Source: Eledone cirrhosa
Lineage: Eukaryota
Reading direction: 5' to 3'
NCBI GenBank assembly: GCA_964016885.1
Contig: OZ024740.1
Coordinates: 113,150,001-113,214,000, forward strand
DNA: 64,000 nt
Below, in pieces: positions 23,462-38,070 of the stretch. Made by a program: the position numbers and the translations under genes. The notes beneath the pieces are model-generated. The model saw nothing but the letters and a program-made list of their open reading frames with translations. It did no database searches and had not been told where the DNA came from. The number at the start of each line of letters is the position of its first letter. The stretch's first letter is position 1.

Positions 23462-25754
23462 TCATATATATATATATATACATATATGTACACACACACA
23501 TACAGACACACATGCCCGCACACCCGCTGGGACACGAATGTACAAAACTACATGCTGCGATATAGCCTTACATAAAGAGACACTCTCCGCCCATCTTCCA
23601 AAAAAATGAAGAAAGCTCCCGAATATTGCTGACAACGATTAATCCACAACGACATGTCAAGTGGTTTATTCTGAGCCTGGGTATACTGCCATATCTCTTT
23701 CTAGATTTAATATATCATTTACACAAGAAAACACACATACACTGAACATACCACCTCCAACAAAAACGATTTATAATTCAGCTTTACTGAAAAGCAAAAC
23801 AACACAGTTTAGATATATTTTTCGCGTTATCAGTAATACTGTCATTTCTTCTTCTTCTTCTTCTTCTTCTTCTTCTTCTTCTTCTTCTTCTTCTTCTTCT
23901 TCCCCTCTCTCTGTTTCTCTCTACATCTCCGCTCCCCCTCTTTATATGTATATACTTTCACAGAAGAAATATAACAGTAAGAATATAAATTCTAAATATG
24001 AGATCATTTTTTCCCCTGCATCTTTTCTTCTTCTTCAACCTTGACGTCTTCCTCCTCCACCTTCGCTTCTTCATCATCATCATTATCCTCGTGGTCGTTC
24101 TCCTTCTCCCTTCCTTATCTTTATATGAATACTCATATACACAGGTTCATTATAAAATCATTGAGCAATTTAAAATGTAAATATATAACTTTAATTCTAG
24201 ATGATACTAACTTTATTTTATTTGAGCTTGTGCAGAGCAATGTTTATTCAAATAACCCGTTTTCTATTGATGACTTGTTGGCGAGGATAACAAATATACT
24301 TCTTGGTGTCCGGTTATATGCGATGGCATCTCAACATCAACAAAAACAAAACCGTGTGGGACGGATAATTAAATGCGTGGGTTAGAACCAACCTACACAT
24401 TGAATGTCAATCAGAAACCGAGCATTTAATGATCCTGGATGTTCATTACTATATTTATTTAGTCACCCACAGCAAAATCCCCCAAAACTGCCTTTTACCT
24501 GTTTTAGTTATCTTTGGATCTTTCAATTGATCAGGCTACCACATGTCCTTATTCACCATTCTTCACAATGCACTTCCATTCCTCCCTTGATTGCGCCATT
24601 CCTTCCAATCGTTGGATTGTGTAGTCTTCTAGTCATCTTGGAGGTCCCCAGTTGGTACCGTCCGGTATCCAATATACCACTCGATAACTGTATAGACAGA
24701 GTGTATGCTTTCGGTATTCTGTCATCGCGTTGTTCTGTCCGTTCTGTTACATATTTCTAAACTTTCATTTCAGATGATGCTTCAGTTGTGAATTGTCATC
24801 ATCATCTGCTGCTCATCTGATACAGACTCAGGTAAACTCCGTAAATTTGTAGTCAACAATTCAATCTACCAAAGAATCGCAATTTATGAAACATGATGAT
24901 TTGGCTGCTATCTATCAAAGATCAAGCAGCCATTCAGTGGCCATCTCATTAGTTCTAACTGATGTGTTTGTTGCAGTTCAGCTCAAAGAGAATTACAACT
25001 GAGCAGAACTATTTCTAAAGACGCTCTAGCCACGACAACTCTATTCTGCCTTTGAAATTATACATTAGCCAAATGTATCATTCTCTCTTCAAAACGCTAA
25101 GATGAAATTTAATAGAGATTCGACTGCTATATCTACCAGCTTCAGCAACCCTACGTACAGCCACTTGTTGGGCATATCTAAAACTTGGTTAAGTAGATAA
25201 GGGTCAGGTGCTAGTAGAAAAAGTGGTATAACCTGTCTAATATAACAGAAACTCGAACTATACGAAATAGATTGATTTGGTTTTATTCTAATGTCACTGA
25301 TGCCAACATTGTTACAAATCTTATGACTCATGCCTCTTAGCAGGAGGTTTTACCTGTTGTGTGTTGTATATTCTATGATAATGTATGATATATTATTGAC
25401 AGCAATTCGTGTACTGTAATGTATAACCAGCAGCGATATCTTTGATCTCTATCAATTTCAGAGGATGAACTAAACCTATCGAGAGACAGTTGAGCCGTAT
25501 GTTACTGTGTACTGTGTCACTGTCTACTAGTGTGTACAGTGTGTGTTTTGTGCTAAACAGCCTTACTCAGTGAAGGATGACGAACGGATGAAACAAAAAA
25601 TAAAGACAAAAAAAAAAGCTTTTTCTCACCACTTAACGATTCTCTAATGTCTCTTCACAAATAATCGGAAAATCAAACAAAGAAAAATCATGATCAAAAT
25701 ATCAAGAAGAACACAACAATAATATTACCATCACTAACAAATGATGGTGAAAAT

Positions 25755-25902
25755 AATAATTGTTTCTACATTGGGCACAAGGCCAGTAATTTGAATGGAA
25801 AAGGAAAGCCGATTCAATCAACCCGAGTGCGTTATTGGTACTTTATTTTATTGATCCACAAGGATGAAAGGCAAACTTGAGCTCGACGTTTTTTTAACTC
25901 AG
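25755..25902 (-). mobile_element. SINE family 1, diverged
   Basis: TGTTTCTACATTGGGCACAAGGCCAG...GGATGAAAGGCAAA...AACTCAGA is the reverse complement of the family consensus. Confidence 0.75.
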
Positions 25903-26149
25903 ATAGTCAAATATAGAAAACTCACAGTTCATATATGATACACACCAGAACAAATACCCAAATTATACAAGAAAGAATTACTGGTGCAGAGCAATAACAG
26001 TAAAGGCATATACCCATTCAACAACTAGAAAATAACATCACATAAAGCTATATATAGCTTAGGAAGACGGTGGGGCAGAAGATGAGGTTGTAGAGACTCG
26101 CATGAAATTAACAAACTAATAAGAAATACCACAAAGTAATGATTTCTAA

Positions 26150-26239
26150 TAGAAGAAGAAGAAGAAGAAGAAGAAGAAGAAGAAGAAGAAGAAGAAGAAG
26201 AAGAAGAAGAAGAAGAAGAAGAAGAAGAAGAAGAAGAAG
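26150..26239. repeat. (GAA)n microsatellite
   Basis: Directly visible. Confidence 0.95.
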
Positions 26240-26399
26240 ATAGATCAAATAGTCACTAATGAAAGCGGTAGACAGTCATCTTAGTACTGTCGAAAGAAAA
26301 AAGAAAAGAAAGCAAACACCGAGAAAAAACCCAAACAATGGAGTATAAAAGGGAAATATTAGATGAAATGGATGGAAGTTGTGAAAGTGAAACTCTGCA

Positions 26400-26900
26400 A
26401 GACGACAAATAATGACAACCATGATAATTATAATCGTTATGGTGAGGAAGATGGCGACGACGAGAAGGACGACAACGATGATGATGAAGAGGGTGATGAT
26501 TTTTATGATGGTGACCATAATAGTGATGTTGCTGATGATGTTGTTGATGGTGATGATGATGACCATGACAGTGATGATGATGATGATGATGATGTTGATA
26601 ATGTTGATAATGTTGATAGGGATGAGCTTAACAGTGATGTTGACGTTGATGATGTTGATGGTGCCATAACAGTAATGATGATGGTGATGATGATGATGAT
26701 GAAGTGGAGGAGGTGGAGGATGTTGTTGATGATTGTGACAATAACAGTAATGTTGATATTGATGATGATGATGAGGAGGAGGAATAGGAGGAGAATGTTG
26801 ATGATTGTGGCAATAACAGTAATGTTGATGATGATGATGATGGTCATAATTAAAATCAAGGTAATTATAATGATGATGATAATGATGATGATGATGACAA
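26400..26900. repeat. Degenerate (GAT)n low-complexity tract
   Basis: Gives poly-D/poly-M pseudo-ORFs. Confidence 0.85.
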
Positions 26901-26939
26901 GGGGGTGAGGATGTTAATGGTGGTGAGTATTATTAAAGA

Positions 26940-27125
26940 CCTGGCAGAAAATAGTAAGCAGCATGTGACCCAACACTTTACATTCTGAATTCAAATCTTG
27001 CTAAGGTCAACTTTGCTTTTCATCATTCCGGGGTTAATAAAAAATAGTAGGAATAAAGAATTGGAGTCAACATAATCAATGTTCTCCTCCTCCAAATTGA
27101 TGTTCTTGTACCTAAAATAGAAATT
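26940..27125 (+). mobile_element. SINE family 1, diverged
   Basis: CTGAATTCAAATC...GGTCAACTTTGCTTTTCATCATTCCGGGGTTAATAAAA. Confidence 0.65.
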
Positions 27126-28323
27126 AATATTATTTACTAACTGGGAAGCAGTTAGTAAATAATATTAATAACCACGCTATGATTATTTTAATATGCTGTG
27201 ATCATGTCACTGCTATTCTTAACAAGAAAGGGAGAGCACCCTAACTGCACAGTTTCGCTATGTCAGAATATTACTACCCAACATAAATCTATGCTTTGGG
27301 TTTGAAAAGGTATTTCATGGATTTTTGAGCATATGTTCGTTGATTTAATTATTCTGTCTTAAAGCACAGGGACATATTTATGGTGAAAAAGTGTTCAGAG
27401 TAATGAATTCCTATATCGATAGAGGATCAAACTCATTTGCCAATTTGCCTTGGGCCATTCTTCTGCGCTATTAGGCCATTTATATGTTTATTGATCGAAT
27501 ATTGTAACAACTTCGTTTAGTGTGTGGAAGATAATCGTGTCTGTTGCAGGTTATATATCTCCAGAGTTAGCACTGCAGACAGAATAGATAGTGTCGTTAA
27601 AGCGATTCAAATGACTCTAGCGGGACTTGAACCATCATAGAAGATTCCTGTTTAGATTACGTACCTCCACACTACAACAACGTTCAAATGATATATACAT
27701 ACATATGCATACATACATACATACATACATAAATGCAAACTTACATATATACATACATGCAAACATACATACTAACATACACACATACACGCATACATAC
27801 ATACAAACAAACATACATACATCATACATATAAACTTACATACATACAACCCTGCACACATATATACATACGCTTGCATTAAAATCACAATGGCACTTAC
27901 ACATACATGCGTATATTAATGTGTGTATGAATGTAATATAGTAAGCCTGTTGAGATGTATGGACGTTTATCAGCTTAAAATCATGTAGTAGAAATCACGT
28001 AAATTACACGAAAATATCATGGGAATATGTCATCGATCAGATGAAATGAAATGATTTATACTGCAGGTCCGGCTATTCGATAGTTTGCTTGTAACAGACG
28101 ACAAGATGATTTGCAGACGACAAAATTGATGATGAATGATTTGATAATTGCAGATATCACATCCGGGTTTTTTTAAAGCTTTCGTATCTGAAATAGATGA
28201 TGACATAAACGTTATTAAACGAAAGATTGAAACGTAGTTGAAACATAGTTGGTGGTGGTGAGGTGGAGATATAAATATAGAGATAACAATAGAGAGATGA
28301 ATCGATAGATAAATGTAGAGAAG

Positions 28324-28326
<3 letters not shown>

Positions 28327-28404
<78 letters not shown>
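28327..28404. repeat. (AG)n microsatellite
   Basis: Directly visible. Confidence 0.95.
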
Positions 28405-28410
<6 letters not shown>

Positions 28411-28812
28411 GGAGAAGCCTGAAAAAGGATTCAATAAAGAGAATCGAATGTGACATAAAGAAAGGGATGCATAAAGAAAATAGAAGTGGAAAGAGATGAA
28501 GAAAAAGCAGGGAAAGAATACAGATGGTGGCAAGAAATTGTCGCACTCCCCTAAAAGCAACAAATAGGTCGATTAGAAATGGAGGGAAGGGAAAGAGCGT
28601 AACGAAGAATTAGATTATTAGTGACCGCATAAATGAGAATTAATAAAAATGAAGGAGAAATATATGTTTGAAAGAGAAAAAATGGGAAAAGGAATGTTAT
28701 ATGGTTGTTTAAATGGAGCTTTTACATTGTAAAAACAGAGAAGAGAAAAATGAAATTGAAATGACAGATTAGGAACCAGCCAGAAACGGCTGTGCAGCGC
28801 CAGTTGGTACAG

Positions 28813-29274
28813 TCAGGCTTGACCGGGATACTTCAGCATTTCGACTGCATATGGCTCCGGTCTTTCCTGCCATATCCGTCTCTTTAGGTGCAGCTGAAGT
28901 TTGGCACTCAGTACGTGGTGGTCAGAGCCCACGTCTGCAGCTCGGTACACTCTTACGTCGCGCACCGAGGACCGCCAGCGCTGGTTGACGCAGATCTTAT
29001 GGCTTTTCTGGTCCCGAGACTGCCAAGTAGCTTTGCGAATCGCCTTGTGTTTGAAGTAGGTGTTGCTGATGCTCAAGCTGTTGCTGGCGCAAAAGAGCTG
29101 CAGTCTCCCACTGTTATCCACGGTGATTGCAGCAGAACCGTACGGCCCGGCGACCTGTTCCAGTCCCTGTCTGTTGCAGTCAATCTGAGCGTTGAAATCG
29201 CCAATCAGTTGCTTGATATCATGGCTGGGCAAGTTGTTGAACGCGTCCTGCAGCCGATCGTAGAAGGCCGTCCT

Positions 29275-29277
<3 letters not shown>
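28813..29277 (-). mobile_element. RTE-clade LINE fragment (APE endonuclease domain)
   Basis: FYDRLQ...IGDFNAQI...NSGRLQLFC...ISNTYFKHK...ATWQSRD...VRDVRVYRAADVGSDHH. Confidence 0.85.
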
Positions 29278-29336
<59 letters not shown>

Positions 29337-29342
<6 letters not shown>

Positions 29343-29881
29343 GATTGGCGCTCTGAAATAGCGATGTATACATGAATGTATGGATAGTATATTTGGCAAT
29401 ATACCGTATGTTTAATTAAAAACATTTTGAAGACCTTACGCTATCGATTTTAAAGTAGTGACTATGTCACTTACTTCTTTTCGGCGAAAGAAAGGAGAGA
29501 AGCTAACAGTCTGCTTCACGCTGATTGGCGTTCATCAGAACCACGCACTCCCTGCTTCCGCCGAAAATTATAGAAGCTGGATTCTTATAGAATTCCAGTA
29601 ATGATCAGGAGCTGATTATAGAGAACGATTCCGGTCCAGCAAAAATTAGTTATTAGGATTGGTGCTCTGATATAGCGATGTATACATGAATGTATGTATA
29701 GTATATTTGGCAATATAACGTATGTTTACATCATGAAACAGACAGTTAGCTTCTCTCCCTTCTTTCGCCGAAAAGAAGTAAGCGACATAGTCACTACTTT
29801 AAAACCGATAGCGTATGGTCTTCAAAATATTTTTAATTAAACATACGGTATATTGCCAAATATACTATACATACATTCATA
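29337..29881 (-). mobile_element. Non-coding Penelope-like/retrozyme-like unit (partial tandem + inverted arm) in (AT)n
   Basis: Direct repeat 29337-29414/29651-29728 (period 314); inverted repeat ~29382-29520/29731-29881; hammerhead motif inside. Confidence 0.7.
29501..29542 (-). ncRNA. Hammerhead ribozyme motif (one core mismatch)
   Basis: Minus strand GGUU-CUGAUGA-ACGC-CAAUCA-GCGU-GAAG-CAGACUG-UUA; the inverted copy at ~29735 reads GAAACAG, restoring GAAA. Confidence 0.65.
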
Positions 29882-30028
29882 TATATATATATATAAACAA
29901 TGAGTTAGAGACTTTGTTGATATGCAATAACAGAGTTATGTTCATAACAGACACGAAACACTTGACAGAAAAATTTGTCTGAAGTATTATGATAACGATG
30001 TTATATTGTTATATCTTCCGTTTATTAC

Positions 30029-30066
<38 letters not shown>

Positions 30067-30883
30067 GGTCAGTCTGTCCCAAACCTAGGAACTCATCCTC
30101 AAAATAAAGGAATCTTATACGCGATTCATCCCAGATACAAAATCCATTATTAATCAATCTAAATATATAGGTCTTAAAGAATTTCTTTGGGCTACATTTT
30201 CACAGACTAAGAATACAATATCAATACAAATATTGATCTATCTCAAATAAGACTCTAATGTGACCTTCCATATAGTCAATTCTGAGCCTTATTCGAGATA
30301 AATCGATATTTGTATTTATAAGTTTCTCTGAAATATGTTTTAAACAATATTATAACATTGAGTTGTAATGTAATGACTAATTTTTATAGTAATATTTAAA
30401 TCGCTTCTCCTATATTTGTTGAGTTGGCAGACGGTTTTAAATTGACTGCTATTTCTAGTCGATTATACGATTATTTACTTTGATGAAAATTCTGCGCATG
30501 CGTACATTATTGTGCACCAGTCTGGTTTTTATTTTGGATTTGCATGAAATCCGACATCAGGTAGATATATTTTGTTTCTATTAATTTTGGGAAGAGAAAA
30601 CCCTCTCCGATGATCAGGCAAGTTTTTTGGCAGTGATTGAATATCTTAATTAATTGAGATATATAATTTCTGTGGCTTTAGTCTGTGACACTGCAGTCAG
30701 TTGAACAGTTCGTTAAGTCCTAGATTGCTTATTTAGATTGCTTAACAATAGATTTTGATTCTGGATCATACGCATATAGGGGCTCCTTTATTTTAAGGTG
30801 CAATAATGGGATCTTCCCTATAGTCAAAACTGAGCCTTCTTTGAGATCAATATTTGCATTCTCCCTCTCTTTCTATGTCTCTC

Positions 30884-30971
<88 letters not shown>

Positions 30972-31331
30972 ATGGACGTAGGCTGCCCCAGAATCAAGCA
31001 TTTTTATTTTTATTTTTGTCTCCATGTACACAATCTGTTTTCACCATGTTTACTTTATAACTGTTATGCAATGCACCTAATGATGTCACTGGAATCCTAC
31101 TGGTCTTTGAAATATATATAGTTCCTGCAGAATAAAAACTTTAAAGGAATTTGAACTTTCCGGCCTCCTGTCGCTTTATTCAATAATATATATATATGAT
31201 ATATATATATCCATACATTATATTATATATATATATATATATAATGCTTCATCAATAAAGCAACATTTACACTAGATAAATATTGCAAAAACTTGTATAG
31301 TTATAGGAAACATTATGTATAGTTAACTGAG

Positions 31332-31547
31332 GGCGGTGGATTGGCAGTATCGGTAGAGGGTCGGACGACATGTTTTGCCGCATACAGTTATGGCCCTTTA
31401 TGATCTGAGTTCAAATCCCGACGAGGTTAACTTTGCCTTTCATCCATACGTGGTCGATAAAATAATGTACCATTCACGCACTGGGGTCAATTTCATCGAC
31501 TTTTCCCTCCCCCAAAAATTGCTGGCCTTGTACCTAAATAAGAAACT
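31332..31547 (+). mobile_element. SINE family 1, full length
   Basis: GGCGGTGGATTGGCAGTATCGG head, B box, core and tail. Confidence 0.88.
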
Positions 31548-31825
31548 ATTATCTATAGTTAACTAGCTAGCGTAATGTACCCCCACCCTCTCTCACTTTA
31601 TATATATGTGTCTGGCGTGTATGTGTCTGGTGTGTATGTGAGGGTGTGCCTCTCTCTATTACTCTCTCACTCTGTGTGTTCGTGCGTCTAAATATACATG
31701 ATTCCAGAATATAAAACAGAATCACCAACTGAATATTAATGTGGGAGAGAGAGGGTGTCGGGAAAATAGTGATAGATAGATAAATATATAAATATATGAA
31801 CACATAAATACAGCGAGGGAAGGGC

Positions 31826-31870
<45 letters not shown>

Positions 31871-32124
31871 GGGTGGGAAACATTAGGGGGAATAAGAATC
31901 ATCTGCAAGAGAAATGGCGTGAATGCGTCAGAAGTTCAGGGTCAATTAAATGAGATGTTTTAATGATTAATTGACCATATATGATATGATGAAAGGGATG
32001 AAAACATGAAAGGTAAAATACTAATAAAGCAGAATATAAAAAGAAACAATAAAATTGTTTCGGCCAGATTTATTATTATTTCTATTTATTGATTTAATTA
32101 TTTGTATATTTATTTATTTGTGAA

Positions 32125-32400
32125 AGCACTTGGTTTAGTTGTTAGAGAGTTCAGCTCAAGGTGCTGAGTTCGATTCCCGGTAGTTTCAGCAAGACACATT
32201 ATTTCATGTTGCTCAAATCCAGTCAGCTCAGCAAAGATTATTTGTAGCTGTACTTCAATGGTCAAAACTTGCCATCTATTCTGTCACGCAGAATTTGCCT
32301 GAGATATATGTTAAGAATAATTTCACGAACAGGCAGTTCTGTTAATCAAGCAACTAGAACACTTGTCAGCAGAACCGATGGAGATCAAACGCACTTAGCA
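32125..32400 (+). mobile_element. Degenerate SINE (family 2-like)
   Basis: TGGTTTAGTTGTT, GAGTTCGATTCCCGG, GCAAGACAC. Confidence 0.55.
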
Positions 32401-32456
32401 CTTACACTTTTTCGGGTTACAGGCATCTTCATGTACACACACACACACATGCGCAT

Positions 32457-32745
32457 TCACCCTGGGTCGGTTGAGCCGGCTCCGTACAATGAATTTTCTG
32501 TATCCCGAATGAAGGCAGACCAAGCATGACAGTCAGACGCTATCGAAGATATGAGTGTCAGCCATTCGCGGTTCCATCTCCGAACCCCACACTGGCGTGG
32601 GCCTAAGATCAGCTCAGTGTCCTGCCTCACCGTCCTAAGCCACGGTTTCAGTTGGCCTCCACGACGTTTCCACCATCCAAACGGAGGAGATGGATCAATG
32701 GCTTCGCGGATGAAGTCGCCCAGGTGTCGACGGAGACCATGACAA
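32457..32745 (-). mobile_element. RTE-clade LINE 3' terminal fragment
   Basis: ...WWKRRGGQLKPWLRTVRQD...RRWNREW...ASDCHAWSAFIRD...* resembles RTE ORF C-termini; flanked by microsatellites. Confidence 0.65.
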
Positions 32746-33384
32746 GCGAAGACACACACATACACACATATATATATATGTAAAATCCCGGTCGCGGCGC
32801 CAAGAGGTTTCGGCTTATGTGAAGACCCAACTCTCGAGATGATCCTCGACATGAACCAAGAACCACAACGCATTAAAAAAAAAAATAAATGGAAATGTTT
32901 TCAGTTTTTAAAGTTTTCCTTTATAGAAATAAGTTTCAGCTGTTTTAAATGAATTACCAATTCCATAGTATTTGCATAAGATATTTCTTTCCACCGTCTT
33001 TTTTCTGTGATTTATTTTCCTGTGACTTATTTTCCCCTGGCTTTTGTCTGGGGCATCTTTTCATTCGGTTCCCATGCCTGTGATGGGCAGTATGTAGACC
33101 CCAAATGTCTATCCTGACGTTTTAATCATACATTCATGCCTTTGCCGTGTTATATAAAGGCACCGAATGTTTACACAGTGTGTCATCTTGTAATTACATA
33201 GGTAAACATGTTTAAAACAATCCTTCCAGTATCTCAACGTGCATTATGGACACAAAAGCCTGGAGATTATATCACCTTACTTCTATCTCACAGCTCACAT
33301 TACTGTCTCTGTCATAATTTAGGTGTCTGACAGTGCTATTGTATATAAATCACTGTTTTATTTTAAAACTGTTGTAGTAAATAG

Positions 33385-33725
33385 GTGGATGCTTGTATGA
33401 CTGAGTGGACTAGAAGCTCACTTCGCAATCATAAGGTTCTGGGTTCTATCTCCCTGTATGGCACATTGGGCAAATGCTTTCATTCTCACCTCGGGTCAAC
33501 CCAAGTTTTGTGAGTGAATTTGTATATGGAAACCGAGTAGAATCCAGACAGATAGATTGTACCTGTAATTCAAATGTCCAGCATTGTCACATTTTGTGTT
33601 ACACAGATTCGGCTTGGGAACTACATTAAAGTCTATGAAATACTCAACCAATTACACATTATTCACGACTGGACATTCAGTTGATGGAACAACTGAATGC
33701 TCATCGTCGAAACCGACCGAGTATC
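33385..33725 (+). mobile_element. Degenerate tRNA-derived SINE
   Basis: TGACTGAGTGG A-box-like, GGGTTCTATCTCC B-box-like, TTGGGCAAATG core; its 3' part resembles 32240-32390 and 53690-53870. Confidence 0.55.
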
Positions 33726-34479
33726 CATTATAATGATATAGATTTTTAAGGTGGCTACAAGGTATATATTTTGTGGTGGCGGGTAAGAAACAGGGAAATA
33801 TATCAACTCCAGATGTTGATTGGTATTAGTTCTTTTATCGATCTACGGAAGAATGAAACAGGGAGTTGATAAAAGTAGGATTTGAACTGAAAACACCAAA
33901 TGACAATATATAGGTAGCAATGTAGCAGAGTGGTGGTTATATTTTAGTTCAATAATGTTTACTGGTGTTTGTCCTGACTAACTGCGAACTGAGTTCAAAT
34001 CCCACAGACGCCAATTCTGCCTTTCATCCAATCTTTGTGGATACAAAGAGCACACATCCAGGACAGCAGATTGCCAGAATTTTTATAACGGCAGATAATT
34101 GTTAGAACTTTGCTTAAATTATTCGCTACGGTTAATTACGTTCTGAGTTCTTGAGTTGTAGACTTAATTTGTTATCTGGTTTAATATTATAACTTAGTCA
34201 TGCTTACAAAACCATATTTGGAGATATATTTTAATCTTTGAAACATGTAAGGGTTAACATCTTGTGTTCTTCTGTGTACAGGAGAATAACAAAATGTGTG
34301 TTTACACTTGATTATTTTCACAGCGATGCTTATAATTTAAAATTTCTTAGTTAAATCTGTATTAAATCTCTTACATTTCCTACTACATGCCTTGTTGTGT
34401 ATAAATATTTATTTGTTATCACTATTGTTGATGCTGCTACTACTGCTACTATTGTTTTCGTTGTGATTGTTATTCTTAC

Positions 34480-35054
34480 GGTGGTGGATTGGCACAATCG
34501 GTAGAGCGTCAGACATCATCCTATGTAGTATTTATTCCACTTCTTCAAGTTCTGTGTTCAAATTTCACCGAGGTTACCTTTGCTTTTCGACCTTTCGCGG
34601 CCAATAAAATAAAGTACCAGTAAAGTACTCTGCATCAATTGCTGGACATGCGACCGAATTAGAAATCATTGTGAATTGGCAGTATCGGTAGAGGGTTGGA
34701 TTATGCTTTCCAGCATAGTTACGTCCCTTTACGATCTGAGTTCAATTCCCGCCGAGGTTAACTTTGCCTTTCATCCTTACGGGGTCGATAAAATAAAGTA
34801 CCAGTAATGTACTGTGATAATTGCTGGCCTTGTGCCAAAAAGTAGAAACAATTATTATTAATATTGTTGGCGGTGGATTGGCAGTATCGGTAGAGAGTCG
34901 GACGCCATGCTTTGCCGCAAAGAGTTACAGACCTTTATGGTCCGAGTTCAAATCCCGGCGAGGTTAACTTTGCCTTTCATCCTTACGGGGTCGATAAAAT
35001 AAAGTACCAGTAATGCACTGGGTATTTGCTGGCCTTGTGCCAAAAGTAGAAACA
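34480..35054 (+). mobile_element. Three SINE family 1 copies in head-to-tail tandem (34480-34668, 34671-34850, 34869-35054)
   Basis: Three successive head/B-box/core/tail units separated by short ATT-rich linkers. Confidence 0.9.
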
Positions 35055-35079
35055 GTTATTATTTAAATATAAAAACAAA

Positions 35080-35345
35080 CTGATGATGATGATGATGATG
35101 GTGATGAGGACAATGACAATAACAGTGACGACGGCGGCGACAACTACGGTGATGATGATCATGATGATGACAATGGCGATGACGCTGAAGATGATGACAA
35201 TGACGATGAAGATGACGACGACGATGATGATGATAATGATAATGACGATGACGATGAAGATGACGATGATGATGATGACGATGAAAATGACGATGACGAT
35301 GACGATGACGATAATGATGATGATGATAACGATAATGATGATGAC
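35080..35345. repeat. Degenerate (GAT/GAC)n tract
   Basis: Directly visible. Confidence 0.85.
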
Positions 35346-35917
35346 GGATATGTTGTTTTACATGGGTATTATCATGTAATCTTTCAGGGAAAAAAATCGC
35401 CATATTCATTTGAAGGTTTTTGGTGGTTATCATGTTATATCATGTTTATTCATTTCTTCATTTGTTCATGCTAATAACTTGCCATTCGTTTTCTGATGCT
35501 CAAGCAAATTCTTATTTTTTTCTAATTAGAAACTAATGAAAATGCCCCTGTAATACCAATGTAATCTCAATGTATGCCGCTGGCTCTCCATGTCTGTTGT
35601 TCAAGCGATATGTTGTTGCACTCCTTTCATATAACAATCTACTTTTATGTTTTGTTGTTGTTGTTTTCTTGTTGGGAATATTTTTCGCTTTTAGCTTTTT
35701 ATTCATTTTTTCTTCTTCTGTATCTCTAAGCAGCGATGTGTCGACATCAGAAAGCATGTTTTGCATAAGTTTTCTCTCTAATTTCAGTATAATAACTGCA
35801 ATGGTATTTATTTTTAAACTATCTAAATTCCGAATGGACGTCAATTCAAAAATATGGTGTGATTATTTCTAATAAATGTCTTCATCTCGTTGCTGTTGTT
35901 GTTGTTGTTGTTGTCGA

Positions 35918-36032
35918 TTCTTCTTCTTCTTCTTCTTCTTCTTCTTCTTCTTCTTCTTCTTCTTCTTCTTCTTCTTCTTCTTCTTCTTCTTCTTCTTCTT
36001 CTTCTTCTTCTTCTTCTTCTTCTTCTTCTTCT
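35918..36032. repeat. (TTC)n microsatellite
   Basis: Directly visible. Confidence 0.95.
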
Positions 36033-36114
36033 TTAGTTCTATTTCAGATTCTTTGAATTCATGTTTTTGTCTTCTTCGCTTAACCATTCATTGATCTGTA
36101 TACGGGCACATCCT

Positions 36115-36880
<766 letters not shown>

Positions 36881-37424
36881 ACATAAAACATGCTATATAC
36901 ACTCACAGTTTAATTCTTTACTTCTCCCTCTAACATAATGTACATGTATGATTGTGTTTAAGAATTGATCTTCAATGGCTAGTATAAATCTATTTTCTGA
37001 AGTGTTTCGGGATAGGGTTTGCGTTTCCTGTCGAGAGATCGAGGTTTCTCAACAATAGTGAGGCAGCAGACATTACCAATTGTTCATGTATATCCAATTT
37101 GTTGTTGATCGAAATATCATTGTTTGAAGAAAAAGGTTTGTAGAAAACTGCAGAACCGAATGTCGAAATGGATTTGCACAGTCAATTCTCTTTTACTTTA
37201 TCCATTGAGACGCTGTTGGTAATCGCCTAAGTATGGGAAGGACCTTATTTCCTGATGGAATCATTGCGGTGCTGACCTAATATTTAAACCTGGCATAGCC
37301 CAACTCTTTCCAAGTCTGATCACAGCCTTTTCTTTTTCCAGGGAAGGAGAATGAACGAGAAAGGAAGAAACAAAAGAAAGAACGTTAGATGAAGAATATG
37401 AAACAGTATTTATCGATTTTAAAA

Positions 37425-37530
37425 GGATGAAAGGAAAGGCAATGCTGACATAGTTGGGATTTGAACTTAGAACGTAGACAGCCGAAACAAATATTACAAA
37501 GTATTTTATCTGATGTTCTAACAATTTTGC
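37425..37530 (-). mobile_element. SINE family 1, diverged
   Basis: GGATGAAAGG...GGGATTTGAACTTAGAACGTA...ACAATTTTGCC. Confidence 0.6.
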
Positions 37531-37774
37531 CTACTTCCTAATTCGAGTATGAAATATATTTTGAAGTTTCAACGATAACCAACTTAACTACTCTATGAAT
37601 AATATTCTTGTCCATTTCAGGTTTATAAAGTTAACCCCAAGATTTATTTTTTCAAATCTGGCACTTATTTTATCTACAATCGAACTGTAAATTGTGGAAC
37701 ATATACAAACAATAAACGTAAATACACACAAGCACCCACTCACACAAATATATATGAATATAAACACACGTACA

Positions 37775-37825
<51 letters not shown>

Positions 37826-37939
37826 GTACAGACCAGAATGTCAGTCGTTATATTCCGGAATATTTGGAGGTATATACAGATCAAGTGAATAAAAAGAAAC
37901 TACTAAGAATTTTATAATTCATATATAAAATTTTTCATA

Positions 37940-38070
37940 AGGTGGGCAATTGGCAGAGTCATTAGATGGCCGGATCCAATGCGTTATGGTATTTCCTCTG
38001 GTTCTCTGCTCCCTGAATTCAAATCCCATCGATGTCAACTTTACGTTTCATCCTTTCGAGGTCGATAAAA
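37940..38070 (+). mobile_element. SINE family 1, diverged
   Basis: TTGGCAGAGTC...CTGAATTCAAATCCC...TTTCATCCTTTCGAGGTCGATAAAA. Confidence 0.7.

Noticed and set aside
24180-24760. Possible ancient LINE remnant
   Set aside because: Only hints (GHVA-like motif on the minus strand); too degenerate to call.
26363-26908. Asp/Met-rich 181-aa ORF; His-rich ORF at 35059-35433
   Set aside because: Degenerate (GAT)n repeats with no splice or domain evidence.
32780-33075. Possible DNA-transposon end with TTTTCC/TGTGA subrepeats; also a CAGG-starting segment at 38163-38245
   Set aside because: No matching second terminus or TSD found in the window.
35533-35872. Possible host exon (103-aa and 100-aa ORFs)
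   Set aside because: No recognisable domain or convincing splice pair; cannot be supported without transcripts.
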